DNA of 64,000 bases from Podarcis gaigeae (taxonomy: Eukaryota): assembly GCA_964106915.2 (NCBI GenBank), contig OZ066919.1; one strand, given 5' to 3'. Below the pieces are notes generated by a model. The model was not told where the DNA came from. It saw only the letters and a program-made list of their open reading frames with translations, and searched no databases. Made by a program: the position numbers and the translations under genes. Positions 38,201 through 52,398 of this stretch are shown piece after piece. Every line of letters starts with the position of its first letter. Within the stretch, counting starts at the first letter, position 1.

Positions 38201-41200
38201 TTTTCTTATGATTCCTTACCCTGCAGACTCAGATAATGTTAGAACTAAAAACACGTGTAGAGGAACTGAAGATGGAAAATGAGTACCAGCTGCGCCTCAA
38301 GGACATGAATTATAATGAAAAAATTAAAGAACTAACTGAGAAATTCATCCAGGAAATGGAATCACTGAAAACCAAAAACCAGGTGAGGGTCCAGCAATAA
38401 CTACAACTCTCAGCATTATTGTGTCTTCTTTTTCCCATCATGCAGTCACCTGAGGGATTTGAAGGTTGGTATGCCTAGTTTCAGGTGTAATTCTCATCTC
38501 TATGTATTTCAGGTTTTGAAAGCAGATAAAGAAAAGCAGGAAGCACAGCACCAGGAACAAGTTGCAGAACTAACAGAGAAGCAGGCAAGAGAGGTGCAAG
38601 ACCTAGGTTAGGAGGACTTTAAGTCACACTTTCCTGCAGACTGTAAGAAAGGGCTTCAGTCCCTATGGTGAAAGATGAAGAAAGAAAACCTTTCCCATGC
38701 TGAGTGTTTGTCGGTCATGGCAAAGGGGCAACTTAGAGGACTGAGTACATAGGCATATTGACAATAATTTGCTTGAATGTAACTGGAATTAACTCATCTT
38801 TTTAATTATAATTATATCTCCCTGCCAATAAAGGCAGGAAGAAATGAGTAAACCTAATAAAGAAGAACATAAAGGGGCAATAGATAAGCAGGGCATAGTA
38901 AGATAGGTAACTTTCTGAAAACTGAGAATACCTTTTTAAAGCATCTTATCTCTGCAAGCCACCAAGAAACAAGGTTTTACTGCACACTTCTTCCATGGCC
39001 ATCAGTATATTACTGTCATTGCAAATCCACCACAAGTGGAGTAGTCTGTATCATCTTAGCATCTGCACAGCGTTATGCACGTCACATCATTCCCACTTTT
39101 GGGGGGATGGCATACAGAAGTTAATCCCCCAGTATTTTCTTTTGTGCCTAAAGAGCCAGAACTACTGAGTATGGAGTTCTGATGTAGATGCACCTGTAAA
39201 GAGTGTGCAAATGGGGCTTCAAAGCTAGTGATCGAGGAATAGTATGAGCTAGAGGAGAGAGATGTGAGCAGGCACCAAGATGTGGGTCTAAAACAGCTCC
39301 CTAAGACTAAGGATAACTGGGAGAGGACAAGACATACCTTACTCTGTAATACATCCCCCACCCCCACCCCACACATTAATTTGTTTTTTACTCTGTCTTT
39401 GGGTCAGAATCTGGCAATAACCAGAAGCTTCTGCTAGAGTTTGAGAAGTACCAGGAGCTTCAGATGAAATCCCAACGCATGCAGGAGGACTATGAGAAGC
39501 AGCTTCATGAAATGGAAGAGCACAAAAACCAGGCGCTGGAGGAGCTGACAGAATATTATGAGGCAAAGCTGCTTGAGAAAACCACTCAGCTGGAAGAGGT
39601 ATGAGCTGTGATGGTTTCATTTTTATTTATTTTTAAGGATGGGCACAGTTCTACTATGCTTGAAGTTACTCCTGATTCAGCCCTTCATCACTCTTCTGAC
39701 TTCCACTAGCTGTGCTCTGAAGTTGAGCTCTGATCTGTGTACACTTTTGTCCTTGCCCCTCCTGATTAGGCAACCATCACCCATCCCAAACACAGATCTT
39801 TCCAGTCTTCTTCTTCCCTGAGTGCTACATGTTAGTGCGTTTAACTTACAGTTCTGACAGATAAAACCCCTAGGCAGGCTGACCTGTTTCTGGCTTAGAT
39901 AGGATTGCCATATTTCAAAAAGTAAAAGTAAACCACACCAACAAAAAGTCTCTGTATGACAACATTCATACCGTATTTTTCGCTCTATAAAACACACTTT
40001 CCCCCTCCTAAAAAGTAAGGGGAAAGCGTCTTATGGAGCGAATGCAGGCGGGAAGCTCTGCTCAGCGTTCCCTTTAAAGAGCCATGTGGAGCGTGTGTGC
40101 GGCTCTTCGGGGCTCTTCGGGTTGCCCTTCTCCCTCCTTGGGGAAAAGCCCCCAAGAGCCACACACACACTCCGTGCGCTCTTTAAAGGGAGTGCTTCTC
40201 TTGGGGGAGCCTGGGCAGGGGATGAAGGCCAGGAGAGGCTACGCACGGCTATCCCATAAGCCAGGACAGCAAGTGGGATCACTGCGCAGTGATCCTGCTT
40301 GTTGTCCTGGCTTCTGGGATTCAGAATATTTTTTTTCATTTTTTCTTCTTCCAAAAACTAGGTGCGTCTTATGGTCTGGTGCGTCCTGTAGAGCGGAAAA
40401 TACAGAACTTTAAACAAAAGGAACACTATTCTTTAATCATTGTCCAGAAGCTTGTATATTGAAGCTTGTATATGGCAGGTTATTTATTGGATTTATATAC
40501 TGCCCTATACCCGGAGGTCTCAGGCCGGTTCACAGAAAAGATCAACACAAAAACCACAAAATATATAATAAAAATAAAAACAACATTCCAATAACACTAC
40601 CCCCCCTAAAAAAGAGCCACTCTACTGGAGAGGGATCCTACTAAGCAATTTCACAACTACAGAGATTCTAGTTTAAAGTACTCTTCAAGTAGATTATGCT
40701 CAACCCTTTTCACCTGTCCTTTCTGGCTGAAGTCAATGACAGCTCCAAACTCTCATTTTTCTATCCTTACTGTACTCAGAGTGACATAAGTAGCTGGATG
40801 TTTCTATCATTCACCTTTCCATACATATACTTTTTTATATCCAGACTTGCCCACCTGTCAGAGTTCACCTGCAAGGTTGGTGGAGGTAAAAATCTGGTGC
40901 ACTGGTCAGATCCACTTACCCACCACTAATTTATGAACTGGGGCATTCAGTGCTTTTGTAACATGTAATTAAGCCTCCAGCACTGTAACATCATGTTGCT
41001 GCATTGTCATCCCCGGAGAGCTTGTGTCAATTTGCCTCATCTCCAAACTAGCCCAGGGTCTTGCCTCTCCCAGGCAATCATTTCAGTCTGGTCCCTTAAC
41101 AGTGTGGCTCCTTTAACTCCTCCTTTTTACCTTTCTCCTTTCTAACTTTCAGGCTCAAGATGAATCAAGAACTCAGCTCCGAGAATTTGAGGAAACTAAG

Positions 41201-44200
41201 AAACAAATTGAAGAAGATGAGGATCGAGAAATCCAGGACATAAAAATTAAGTATGAGAGGCGACTTCGTGAGGAAAGAGAATCAAATTTGCGGCTAAAAG
41301 GGGAGACAGGAATCATGAGGAAGAAGGTATGCTCGCCTGTTTCAGGCTATCAGACTTCTGGTTTGTGATCATTTATTTCAAGATGTATATACCACTTTCT
41401 CTGTCAACAAAATGACAATAAAATAGATAACAAAATTATAAAAAGCAACACAAATTTTAATACCCAACTGTCTATTGAAACAGTGTTACAGAAATGTCAA
41501 CAAAAATCAATTTTACATCTAATGTAAAATTATTTCCTAAAATGCAAGGTTTTATCTAAAGGCTGGAATGCTAGCAAAGGGCCAAATTAAATGTTATATT
41601 AATTGTACAAATGGGCCTTGCATGCTTGTTTTCTTTAATTGTCAGATGATTGACAGGTGGGTCATCCCACCCACCTGTCCAACTCCCTTATGCAGCACTT
41701 CCCAATATCCAGCTGCCTATTAGGTGTTTGGGAAGTTCTGTGTAAAGTACTTGGCATGCTCAGCGTTTTCCAAGCACCCAGTATAGGGTTGGCAAAGCTC
41801 CTTTCTGCAAGAATCAGCTGTTTGACCGAGATTCCCATTAGAGATTTGGTTGCACAGCCAATCCTGCAGGTTTGAACTCACTGTCCATCAGTTGATGGGC
41901 CATGATCAACTCTGCTTCCTGAAGGCATCAGCTGTACAGAGATATGAAGATGCCCACCATGCAGCTTTCACTGATTCCTGTCAGCAGTTCTCATGGAACT
42001 GTTGCTGGGTGAGACACTGGCTTCAGACTGAAAGATACCTTATGCTTTTTTCTCTAGTTCAACAGTCTGCAGAAAGAGATTGAAGAGCGCTGCAGTGACA
42101 TTGAGGCAATGAAGGTGGAGCAGCAAAAGTTGCAAGGAATCATTAAAGCCTTAGAGAAGGACATCCAGGGACTGAAGAGAGAGATTCAAGAAAGAGATGA
42201 GACCATTCAAGACAAGGTGAGGTGCTTGGATCTATGCTCCTTTCCCACCCCTCTACCCCCAGCTGGATTTTGTTGTCCAAATCTACAAAGGCTCTGACCC
42301 ACTAAGCAATGGCTCTGTGTGTCTGAATCCCAGTCTGAAGGATGGAGCTTAGAATTCATTATCCCTTCTCTGATATTTCTGGCACTTTCCCTTTTTCCTT
42401 CTCATACACTACCATCCCACACATTGTCTCTTGACTCCACTGATGTAGGGCTGAAGTTGTAAGAGATCCCTCTGTCTCTTTAGACACCGCTCACCTCATG
42501 TCTCTATTTTATTTGTCCCAGGAGAAGCGAATTTACGATCTAAAGAAAAAAAACCAGGAACTGGAGAAGTTCAAATTTGTACTAGATTATAAAATAAAGG
42601 AGTTGAAGAAGCAAATAGAGCCGCGTGAGAATGATATCAAAGCTATGAAGGAGCAGATCCAGGAGGTGAGAAGTAGATTAGGCAGCCCACTCCCAGCCCT
42701 GAAGCTGGACCAACTTGAAGACCATAGCAGGCCACAGGCCTCCTTTAAAACCTCTTCTCTTCTCATGCATCTGTGCAGATGGAAGGAGAGCTGGAACGTT
42801 TCCACAAGCAGAACACACAACTGGAACTGAACATATCGGAGCTACGGCTAAAACTGAAAGCCACAGACCGGGAGATGCACAAAGAGATGCAAAAGGTGTG
42901 TCAAATGGCAGCTGAAAAAAGTGATACACCAAATTATAACTGGTCCTTCTTTAGGGTGTCGTATACAGACTAAGATGAGCTCTAAAGTTTCCTTCCATCT
43001 TTATGATTCTGTAATGGTAATTGAAATTTTCTTCCACTGAATCTAGTGTTTAAATTTCACATTAAAGCAAGGTAATGACAAATGTGTTGGGGCTGCTCTA
43101 AATAATAATTTAATAGGTGACTCTGCACATGCCTGTCCATGACTTGATGACTTGCATATGTAAAACAACCATTTCATTTCAGGCTTTCACATTATTTTGT
43201 ATCTCCTAAAACTGAATGCTCTGCTTTTTCCTGAAGACAACTTATACATTCAGCTGTCAGTTAACAAGCTATGTAGAGCTGGAAATTCAAGTGATGAAGA
43301 AGTATTGTGGGATTTGAAATGTTTAACGGGGTCCATCCTACCACTGTCCAGATAGATTGGGTACCCTCTGGCCAGTATTTGTCCCACAGACAATTTGTGA
43401 GATGTAATTTGAGCCAGAGCAAGGAAGCCTCACCAACAGGCAATGTATTCTGCTGCATCAAGCTTTGGTGTTCCTCTGACTGCAGGAACGAGACATGGAA
43501 GCACTTGTCAAGCGATTTAAAACAGATCTTCACAACTGTGTAGGCCTCATCCAGGAACCCAAGAAACTGAAGGAGAGCATCCGGGATATCTATGAAAAGT
43601 ATGTGCAGAAGGCAGATATGGTAAGTGAAAGTTCTTCTCTCTCAGCAGCAGATACCCACCATATTTCCTTTGAGCTCACTTCATTTGCTCCATCAGGTGG
43701 AAATTGTTGGCGTTGACACAGACTTGCATCAAGAGTACACACGGCAGCGAGAGCATCTTGAGCGCAACCTGGCAACACTGAAAAAGAAGGTGATAAAAGA
43801 AGGCGAGGTACATCGTGCAGACTATGTGCGCATCATGCAGGTACTAGCACTGTGAGGGGAAGCGGGCAGGTCCACTCTTCTAAACCGCTATAAGAAAAAT
43901 GTTCTATTTGCTCCATTCCCAGGTCCAGAAGGTCCAGAAAATTCAGTTTAAATAATGAATTTCAAATGTGGATTTGAAAAGTACTGTGGGTGGGATTCAC
44001 CTAACGAGTCCCATCAGCAGAAGATGGGACAAACACAAAACACAAGAACTTCTACTGGCACAACTGGGCTTTCCCATGTGCCCCCCTAAATTGGCTCTGC
44101 AGAGCTCAGGAGAACCCCTGTTTTGTTTTAATAGATAGACAATGCTTACCTGGCAAATATGGAGAACATATTGTTTAGCTCTTGGTCTTGTTCTGCATAT

Positions 44201-45399
44201 CGGTATACTTTTCCACAATGTCAGCGATCTCTTTTTGGTGTATAGAGAGTAAATTTCCTATCACCTTAGCTATGCTACATCTTGTTTCTGTAGGAAAATG
44301 TGAGCCTCATCAAGGAAATAAATGAGCTGCGGAGAGAACTGAAGGTCACCCGCACTCAAGTTCTTGACCTCCAGTCAACCTTGGGGCTCCTTATGAAACG
44401 CAAGAAGCAACCGGCGCAATCCTTAGGTAACTATGTTGTTATTCAGCTCACTTTCCCCTTCTACTCTTTCCCAGAATATGTTTCCATTTCTTTCCTTTTG
44501 GCCCCTTTTCCCTAGAACAGGGGTGGGCAACCGTTTTGTTCCCAAGGGCAACATGCAGCTGTTGGTGGTGCTGTATTGCCAGTGGGAGGGGTTGATCAAA
44601 AGTTGGCCCTCATGTTCTAGACTCACTTTGGTATTTTGATTATCTAAAAGATTATGTTCTGCTGCTATTGTAGATGCTGATCCAATTAAAAAAGGCACCT
44701 TACGTACTTTACAGTCATATTGCTCTGGGATTAACACAGTAACAGTTGTCTTTGCAAAACAACTGGTTGTAAGCAAAGCAAAAGCCTAAGTGTTCCAACT
44801 CCCATTCAATTTCAGTTCTACTTTTCTGCAAGGAGGATTGAACAAGATGCTGTTAGTGAGCTCCCACTCCCTAAGTTAGCATACCACCTCCTAGAGAGAG
44901 GTAGAGAGGATGAAAACATGCAGAGGTTCTTTAAGTCCTCTCACTGTTTCCTTACTGCTTATGGGGCAGGTGAACAGGCAGTGTCCAGGCAGGCAGTGTC
45001 GTGAAGTGTCCAGGAACTGTCAGTGGGCCTTGTTCTTTGCTGTAGACCTTGGAAATTGCCCAATAATTCCAACCCCTGTTTTCCTTTTGTCCTTTCTGTT
45101 GTGTTCATGGCTAACCCTCATCCTGGCTCATCTCTTTGGGGTATTTTCTACAGTTACAACCAAGCAAAGTGATTTTTCCATTTCCTCCAGCTCCCTCCCC
45201 TGAACGGCACACTCCAACCATCCTACGGTTGAATCCAGAGGAGGAAACGGAGAGGATCATTGAAATGCAGCGGTTGGAAATCAAGTACCTCCAAGATCAA
45301 ATGCAAGGGCAGGAAAAAACTCTCGCGGTTCGGCCTACACCAGGTTCGAAACTTCCCATGCTAGAACTGGACAGAAGCAGCCGTGAACAATCACATTGA
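24752..45399 (+). CDS. CFAP57: cilia- and flagella-associated protein 57 (WDR65), WD40 repeats plus long coiled coil, 1248 aa
   Basis: 22 GT-AG exons in phase: 24752-24908, 26289-26605, 27928-28214, 29228-29435, 30948-31100, 31888-32027, 32695-32860, 33854-33967, 35557-35769, 36357-36530, 37379-37540, 38227-38382, 38513-38606, 39408-39598, 41153-41326, 42058-42216, 42522-42665, 42779-42895, 43486-43620, 43697-43840, 44294-44426, 45191-45399 (3747 nt). WD40 N-terminal half and the [36 protein letters not shown] coiled coil. Head-to-head with EBNA1BP2. Confidence 0.96.
25715..25820 (+). mobile_element. CR1 LINE 3' end fragment
   Basis: GCAGGGGGTTGGACTAGATGACC...TTCCAACTCTATGATTCTATGATTC tail. 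Further copies at about 30511-30627, 50365-50425 and 50505-50575. Confidence 0.75.
26905..27585 (+). mobile_element. probable RTE-clade 5'UTR-derived interspersed repeat
   Basis: Composition break within a CFAP57 intron; GGAAAGTAGCCCATCTAGGAGA and GTAAACCCTACACAAATCC motifs resemble recalled RTE 5' regions. No RT ORF follows. Confidence 0.4.
29181..29211 (+). repeat. (GATT)7 microsatellite
   Basis: Seven GATT units plus a partial unit, ending about 15 nt before the CFAP57 exon 4 acceptor. Confidence 0.9.
30511..30627 (+). mobile_element. CR1 LINE 3' end fragment
   Basis: Same GGGTTGGACTAGATGACC...CCAACTCTAAGATTCTATGAT motif as 25715-25820. Confidence 0.75.
33322..33553. mobile_element. degenerate Tigger-like MITE
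   Basis: AGTGGTACCTCC...CCACT ends with TA-rich flanks and a CpG-rich interior. Confidence 0.55.
39971..40405 (+). mobile_element. TA-targeting DNA-transposon MITE (CCGTATTTTT TIR)
   Basis: TA-CCGTATTTTTCGCTCTATAA...TAGAGCGGAAAATAC ends; shares blocks with 55453-55711. Confidence 0.75.
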
Positions 45400-48300
45400 C
45401 ACGTGCAGAAGGCATCCAAACTTAGCTAATCTTCTCTGCATCTCTAGAGCAAGGACCCACTCCTACCCTGACCCTTTGGGTTCTTTGTTTTTGTTTTAGC
45501 ACCTCTGATTCTGGATAGGGAAAAGAAACAATAAACAAGTCAGACCAGATTTGTCTGCCTCTTGCTAATACGTTGCAAGTCTCCAAACATGAGAAACAAG
45601 TGAAAAAACAAGCAGAGCACCAGGGAAAAAGCTGGCTGCTCATAGGTGAGGCCATATCTCTACCGCACAGCATAGCTCTGTTTCAACTCAAAGCAAAAAT
45701 CCTGTTGGAGACAGGACCCTTGTGCCTAGCACTGATGCAAGAAAGTCTCAATACACATTCTCTGTCCCCTGAGCTAGTCTGGGAAATAAACGATTGCCTG
45801 CATCTTTTCCCATTGGCAGCAAAACTTGGATTGATGCTTTGTTCTGAGTTGCTCTTCCAGCTATTTGCAGAGCAGTAAGTCTGTGCATGGCTGACTGCAG
45901 GTGCGAACCTACTTACTTGAGCAATATCTCTCTCACTCACACACCCAACCTAGGAGTCCTCAATCCTTCCCCCTCACCCCTATATCTCTCTTCTCAAATA
46001 TATCTTGCTAACTAACTATTAACACGAATGTGACAAACCTTTCGACAGTGTGTGGATAATGCTAAATGGGAGATACTAAGGAAAAGAAGGGACCCACTAT
46101 CCCCATGAGTGTTAGATAGTAATGATAAATATATTTATTTAAATCATTTGTACAAAGAGCAGTGTGTGTTAAAAAAAATAGATACACCAGTTACACAAAA
46201 TCTGCAAAGCACAAAATAAACATATCTAATTAAACAAACCAACAAACCTGTCGGCTGAACTGAGGGCTAAACAGTAATATATTTGCATATGTAGGCACAT
46301 GTGCATGTGCACACCAAATGCCAATAGAGAGGGAGAATAATGGACCTTGGGGAATTCCACCTTGGGGCAACTGATGCTTGCCATGATACGCTTGTGTTGG
46401 TAGGTAAGGTGACTTGATAGGTAAGCATCAGGGCCTTCAATGGAAGTTGGAAGCATATTGACAGCCAGTGAAAATGCAATAAAACTGGCTGACTGTGTTT
46501 GCAACAATAATATGCCTTCTGCTTTTCGGATACCAACACTGACTGTTCTGTAATCTAATCTCCTTAGTAACGTATCCTTTTCACAACACAACTATTTGTT
46601 TTCTGTCCTCCATGAGGCAACAAAGCAAAAGCACTTCAGCAATTTATGGTGCGCTGGTGATAAGCTATACCCTTCAAGTTATTCCTCCCTGACTTCTCAG
46701 AACAAGACTTTGCAGCACCCTGGGTCAAGTAGTTTCACTATTCTCTTAATTATTTGCATTTACGAATCAAAAGCCTTCTGAAATTCCCCAATAACCTATG
46801 TTATGGGTAGTTGCTATAACTGCTTTAGAAACTTTTTTAGAAGATCAGCAGAGTCCTTAACAAGGCAGATGCTCTTCAGAGTAAGCTACATGTAATGCTT
46901 TCTATGAACTAATTAATAATATGCATGCCTACAATTCCTAAATCATTCATATCCCATGTTCTTCCGTATGTCCATCACTAATTCTTCTGGCAATGGCAGC
47001 GGATGTGAATCAATCTTTTTCTTGATAATTATTAGGTAGCTAGGAGTGATCTTCCTCTGACAGGTGCTTAAAACACTCCTTAATAGTTAAGTCTTTGCTC
47101 CACAATGGTGCAATGCTGCCCTCAGGTGAGAAGTTTTCCCCATGGTGCATGCACACACAGGCACTTCAGAAGATGTAAATAGAGAGCATACCATAAGGAT
47201 GTTGTCCTGATCAGAAAAGATTGCTGAACAACCCACTGCTGACAAACCATCTCACCAAGGGACTTTTGGAGTCTAGCACTTGCTGGAAGATTACTCCTAG
47301 ACCAGAGGAAGTTCATGGAACAGAGGCAGAATGGCAATGTAGGTTTTATTGGATGTTTTAGCTATGTTTACAGTCATGTCTTGGATTCTGAGGCAGCATA
47401 ACAATCCTTTGTGCTCATGTCATACCTGCATCACAAGGTAAGGTTTTTCTTTTCTTTTTTTACAAGAAGCTATGTTAGCATTTTTCTTTGTGTCAACATA
47501 GCTATGAAAACCATGCTTTGCATTCCAGTGCACACTTAGTCTTCATATTTCACCCAGTGTTTTCCAAATAAAACTTGCATGTTTTTAACAGGAATCAATT
47601 CACACACGGTATCAGCAGCATTGTCTCCTGCTGAAACATACCTGTTTAAATCAGACAGTATCTCTAGAGTAATATAAGTTGTGCAACTTGGTAGTCAACC
47701 AGAAGAAAGGTGTTGAAAATAGGGTTAGGGTGAGAATTAGTACCACACATTTATAGAAGGAAATGTGAATTGTCATGCACATAATCAGGCATTACACCAG
47801 ACAGTTTATGTTGCAAGAAGCCTACCAGAAGTTCAAAAAATCCTTCCAACTGAAGATATGACCATTGTCATTTATAGGAAAGGAATATGTGCTATTGTAT
47901 TACACTCGGGTAAGGGAAGACACAATAAATGAAGAGAGGGAAGAGTAACAGAATCCAATAACTCAGCATGATTTAGAAATCGCATAACCTGGAATTGTGA
48001 CTTTTTGTCAGAAACGAGGTAGGTAGGAAATGTGAAGCCAATGGAAGACAGGCCTTGTGGTTTGTGATGGCAAGGTAGGGGAGAAAAAGGAAGAAAAGCA
48101 ATCCTAGACTGCTGTTGTCACCATCAACCACAAATCTTTTAGCACTCAAAACCCTGGTGGCACTTTGCTTGGCCGTGTGTTGGGTATGCTGAACTCTGAC
48201 GTGAGCTTGCTGGATGACCATATACATGGTTCTCTTTCTATCACATTTCTCTATCAAATGGAAATGACAATACCACATATCATAAGCTTTCTCCACCCCC

Positions 48301-48617
48301 ACAATAATGAAGTACAGGCAGCACTGGAGTATTGAGATAAAAATATGTATTCAGTCAAGCCTTCAATCCCATGAAATGCAATGCATTTACAAGTCTTAGA
48401 AAATATCATATGCAATCTTCTTCCCCAAAAAAACTGAATGTTGTGTTGCACCAACTATCTTGAGTGTCCCATAGCAATGGTACTTGCCTACCCACTCAGT
48501 ATTACTTAAATATACCTCTGTATTGAAAGGTTTTGGGAACCTTAAATTAATGGATAGAAGGGGGGTGGAGAGAGATGGTTCATAGTCTCTCTATTTTGTT
48601 AATCCAAAAACCAAGTA

Positions 48618-48859
48618 CAGTGGTACCTCGGGTTACATACGCTTCAGATTACATACGCTTCAGGTAACAGACTCCGCTAACCCAGAAATAGTACCTCAGG
48701 TTAAGAACTTTGCTTCAGGATGAGAACAGAAATCGTGCTCCGGTGGCGTGGCGGCAGCAGGAGGCCCCATTAGCTAAAGTGGTGCTTCAGGTTAAGAGCA
48801 GTTTCAGGTTAAGAACAGACCTCCGGAACAAATTAAGTACTTAACCCGAGGTACCACTG
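48618..48859 (+). mobile_element. Tc1/mariner-pogo (Tigger-like) MITE
   Basis: TIR CAGTGGTACCTCGGGTTA...TAACCCGAGGTACCACTG with TA on both sides. Same family at 52173-52398 and 56025-56462; a relative at about 33322-33553. Confidence 0.85.
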
Positions 48860-49052
48860 TATCTTGTTTATTCACTTACTTTATTTTGATGAAACTATCA
48901 TGGGAGGAAAGGCTTTGAGGGTGTAAGGGGTTTGCTGCCCATCAGTCAAAGTCTGATCCATTCATTAGCCAATATTCCCACAAGTCCCTACTCTTTTAGA
49001 AATGATTATAGCATACTATCCTAGTCATACCGTTACTACTTAGACACCAAGG

Positions 49053-49188
49053 CAGGCATAGGCAAACTCAGCCCTCCAAATGTTTTGGGACTACAATCCC
49101 CATCATCCCTAGCTAACAGGACTGGTGGTCAGGGATGATGGGAGTTGTAGTCCCAAAACACCTGGAGGGTCGAGTTTGCCTATGCCTG
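49053..49188. mobile_element. hAT-type palindromic MITE with perfect 8-bp TSD
   Basis: TIR CAGGCATAGGCAAACTC/GAGTTTGCCTATGCCTG; TSD CACCAAGG at 49045-49052 and 49189-49196. Older relatives near 8963-9095, 10984-11100, 14700-14825 and 61846-61988. Confidence 0.88.
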
Positions 49189-52172
49189 CACCAAGGCCTT
49201 CAGAAGATCCTGCCCAGTCAGAACTTTTTCTCCCAAAGGCCAATAAAATGCTTTGCTTTAGGCTAAAAGAAAAGCTCTCTTTTCAAGAAGTCTGATGAAG
49301 ATTCCTACCTTCCTGACGGGTGCACAAAAATGCAGAATGGCTGTGTTTCTTTCCTGGCACCACCCTGCATCCTAAATGGCCCCATGCCTCTCTGCTCCCC
49401 CTTAGCAAAAGTCAAGAATGTGACTGCACTGCTCCTTAGGGGGTGGAAATGTGAACCCGTCTGGCAAGGAGCTTGTCCGGTGAGGGTTAACGTAGAACTC
49501 TTTCAACCTGTATTTGCTTACCTCTACCTGTATTGTATATCCTCCTGTTTCCCTTGCTCCATCAGCCTTCTTATTTCCGCTTCCCTCAAGCACACAGTCA
49601 CCAGGCTGGAATGCTTCCAAGGACAACAGCAGGTTGTCTCTCCATCCCCACCCTTCTGGAGAATGTACCTGCCTGGGCAAAGGTCAGTGTATGCTACGAG
49701 CCTATCAGATGTGGCACCTGGGCTAGGACAGGCTGAGGAAGGAGGTGGGACTTGCACCTGTTGCTTGACAGGTAGACGCAGGCAGGGAGGGAAGAAGATT
49801 TATTTTAATTTTATCCTCGGGCCACAACCTGAAAATTGTCCCATCCGTCAAGTATAATAGCAGGAAAAGACGATACCAGCATCCTGGCAAGTCCAAGAGC
49901 TTAGGCAAAAGAAACAAGACTTGATACAGCATCTTCTGTGAAGAATCAGCTTTAGGTGAGTGAAGCTGATGTCCCTTCCAGCAATTACCTGGTTGTCTCC
50001 ACTACATACTGTCATCTTCCCTTTCAGTCAAGGCTTGGCGTGGGATTGAAAGCTCTTCAAATTCCACACATACACGCTGCTCGTCCCTTGTTAGCCTACA
50101 ACTATATTTAGGGGCATTCCTGAGGGACTGGTGTGCCGCCTTTTGGCTCAGATACCTTCAGGATATGAGGATGTGTGGGAAGGAGATGGGGTCTTTCCTC
50201 AATGCAACTCTTCCTCTGATCACCAACACCACCATTATTTTAACTTCATTTAATAATGGCTTCCTAGGAAACATCTGTTGCACCTGTGAAACTGCTAGCA
50301 GATTTGCAGAGCTAAGCTGAGTCTGGTATGGTTTCATATTGGATGGGGGACTGTGTGTTGAGATTCCTGCATTGCAGAGGGTTGGACTAGATGATCCTCA
50401 GGGTCCCTTCAAACTCTACCATTCTAATATATCATGATCTCAAAGTGCCTGGAAGCATTCCGCTATGTCTGCCCTTGTTCAGTAGCCCCATAGACTTAGC
50501 TGTGATTCTTGCACAGCAGAGGGCTGGACTAGATGACTGTGGGGGTCCCATCCAACTCAACAATTCTACGGTTCTAAAGCAGGAAGGGATGAGAAGGAGT
50601 GCGAGAGGTCCTTTCCCATATGGGTTAATGCTGAATAGCTGACAATCCAAGCTGGCTGTAATCCCTTCCTGGCCGCAGGCAATCCAGCAAAACACAGCAA
50701 GCAGTGTGTTAGAAGCCATCGTGTGCCAACAGCAGCACAGATCCCAGGCAAGTACCGCTTAGAGCATGCAGCTGCTCTTTTGCCGGCTTGGCCTATAAGT
50801 GACGTGGATGGAACCATGGACTTGGATGCCTCTGCCCATGAATCCACAGGGTACAATCGGTTGTTCCTCCAGGAGTTCAAACTTCACACACAGGTAGAAT
50901 GGAAAGGCTTGTGTGATGCACAGAGGGGGTGGGGGAATTTATTCAACTCCTCCTGGCCTTCCTACAAGTCACTGAGCTTTGATTTCTGCATCAATGCAGC
51001 CTCAGCTGGCAACGTGCCCTGAAGAAGCCTGTTCTCCTTATGGTTTTAACAGTGATCTCATGCTCTGTCAGGCTTGGCCTGACACGGTCAGGCTGTGTCT
51101 GGATCAGGCCCCTCCCCTCTCTGACCACCTGGTTCTGCCAAGGCAAGGCTGAAGTAGCCACTGATCTAGATGTTAAGCAATTGGCCAGAATAAAGGGGAT
51201 CTGTTACAAGAGGAGCAGGGATTTTTAGCTATCCCCTTAGTTCCCTGTGAAGTAGTAGTACTTTCACTGAACATCTTCCAGATCTCTTAACTGACGCAGC
51301 AACAAGAGTTTAAACTGGCTTTTAAAGATAGCCTGGACCCTACTGACTTCTAAGTAAGTGTGCATATGATTGCAGCCTTAGATAGTGGTGGATTTTAACA
51401 GTAAGATGTTCGTATGATTAGACCTCACTTCACTTTGACCCATGAGCCACATTTCCTGCTTATGTTCAGTCCTGATACCTGACTGATATCTCCAAAGTGC
51501 AGTTATCTTTAGTGCTGAGCTGAAACAGGGTAGTGGTGCATTTTGTGGAGATCTCTGGCCCCTCTGATACGATGCCTTGCCTTTTCATCCATTTTTTTAC
51601 AATCCTTGGCAAAAGGGGATGAATAAACTGTAAGAAGGTGGATGCCGGAGGAAGAGTGTGCATGCCTCTGTTGCCAAAGCAACAGGGCAAACGTTCCCTC
51701 AGGCTGGGATGCACATACGAAGTGCCTCCCATTGAAAGGAATGCAATGCAGAGACAAGATATGCAGGTGTCATTTCTCTGGACTGCATTGCTTCCAATGG
51801 GATGCGCATCTCAAGGTGAGGGAGTTTCTCCCCCTTACACCAGTGGCAGTACAGGGAAACCATATTTGTGAAAAGGCCCTTTAAAAAAGGATAAAAGAGG
51901 ATGAAGGTAAGGGATTTTATTTATTGTGAAAACTTTCAAGTGGCAGCTTTTACAGTGAAAAATCGTAATGAAAATGCATCATAGCATTGTGTTGCTCTAC
52001 TTTTAGCATATCCTCCTACCAGTGTTTGGCATTTTTCCACCGCAGACGTGTAATGGTAAGAGAGTGAGCTGGTGCTTTATCGTGCAAGAAGCTTTAAACT
52101 CTGCCAGCTTAGACAGTGGGAGACAAAGCTCCCTCTCCACAAGGGCTGTCTTCAGTCATTCACATTACTGTA

Positions 52173-52398
52173 CAGTGGTAGCTCAGGTTAAGTACTTAAT
52201 TCGTTCCGGAGGTCCATTCTTAACCTGAAACTGTTCTTAACCTGAAGCACCACTTTAGCTAATGGGGCCTCCTGCTGCCACCGCGCTGCCGTAGCCCGAT
52301 TTCTGTTCTTATCCTGAAGCAAAGTTATTAACCTGAAGCACTATTTCTGGGTTAGCGGAGTGTGTAACCTGAAGCGTATGTAACCCGAGGTACCACTG
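52173..52398 (-). mobile_element. Tigger-like MITE, same family as 48618-48859, opposite orientation
   Basis: TA-flanked CAGTGGTA...TACCACTG ends; internal sequence is the reverse complement of the 48618 copy. Confidence 0.85.

Noticed and set aside
38205-38226. TTCCTTACC resembling a U12 branch point before CFAP57 exon 12
   Set aside because: The matching donor at 37541 is GTCAGT (U2 type), not RTATCCTT, and the branch motif is imperfect.
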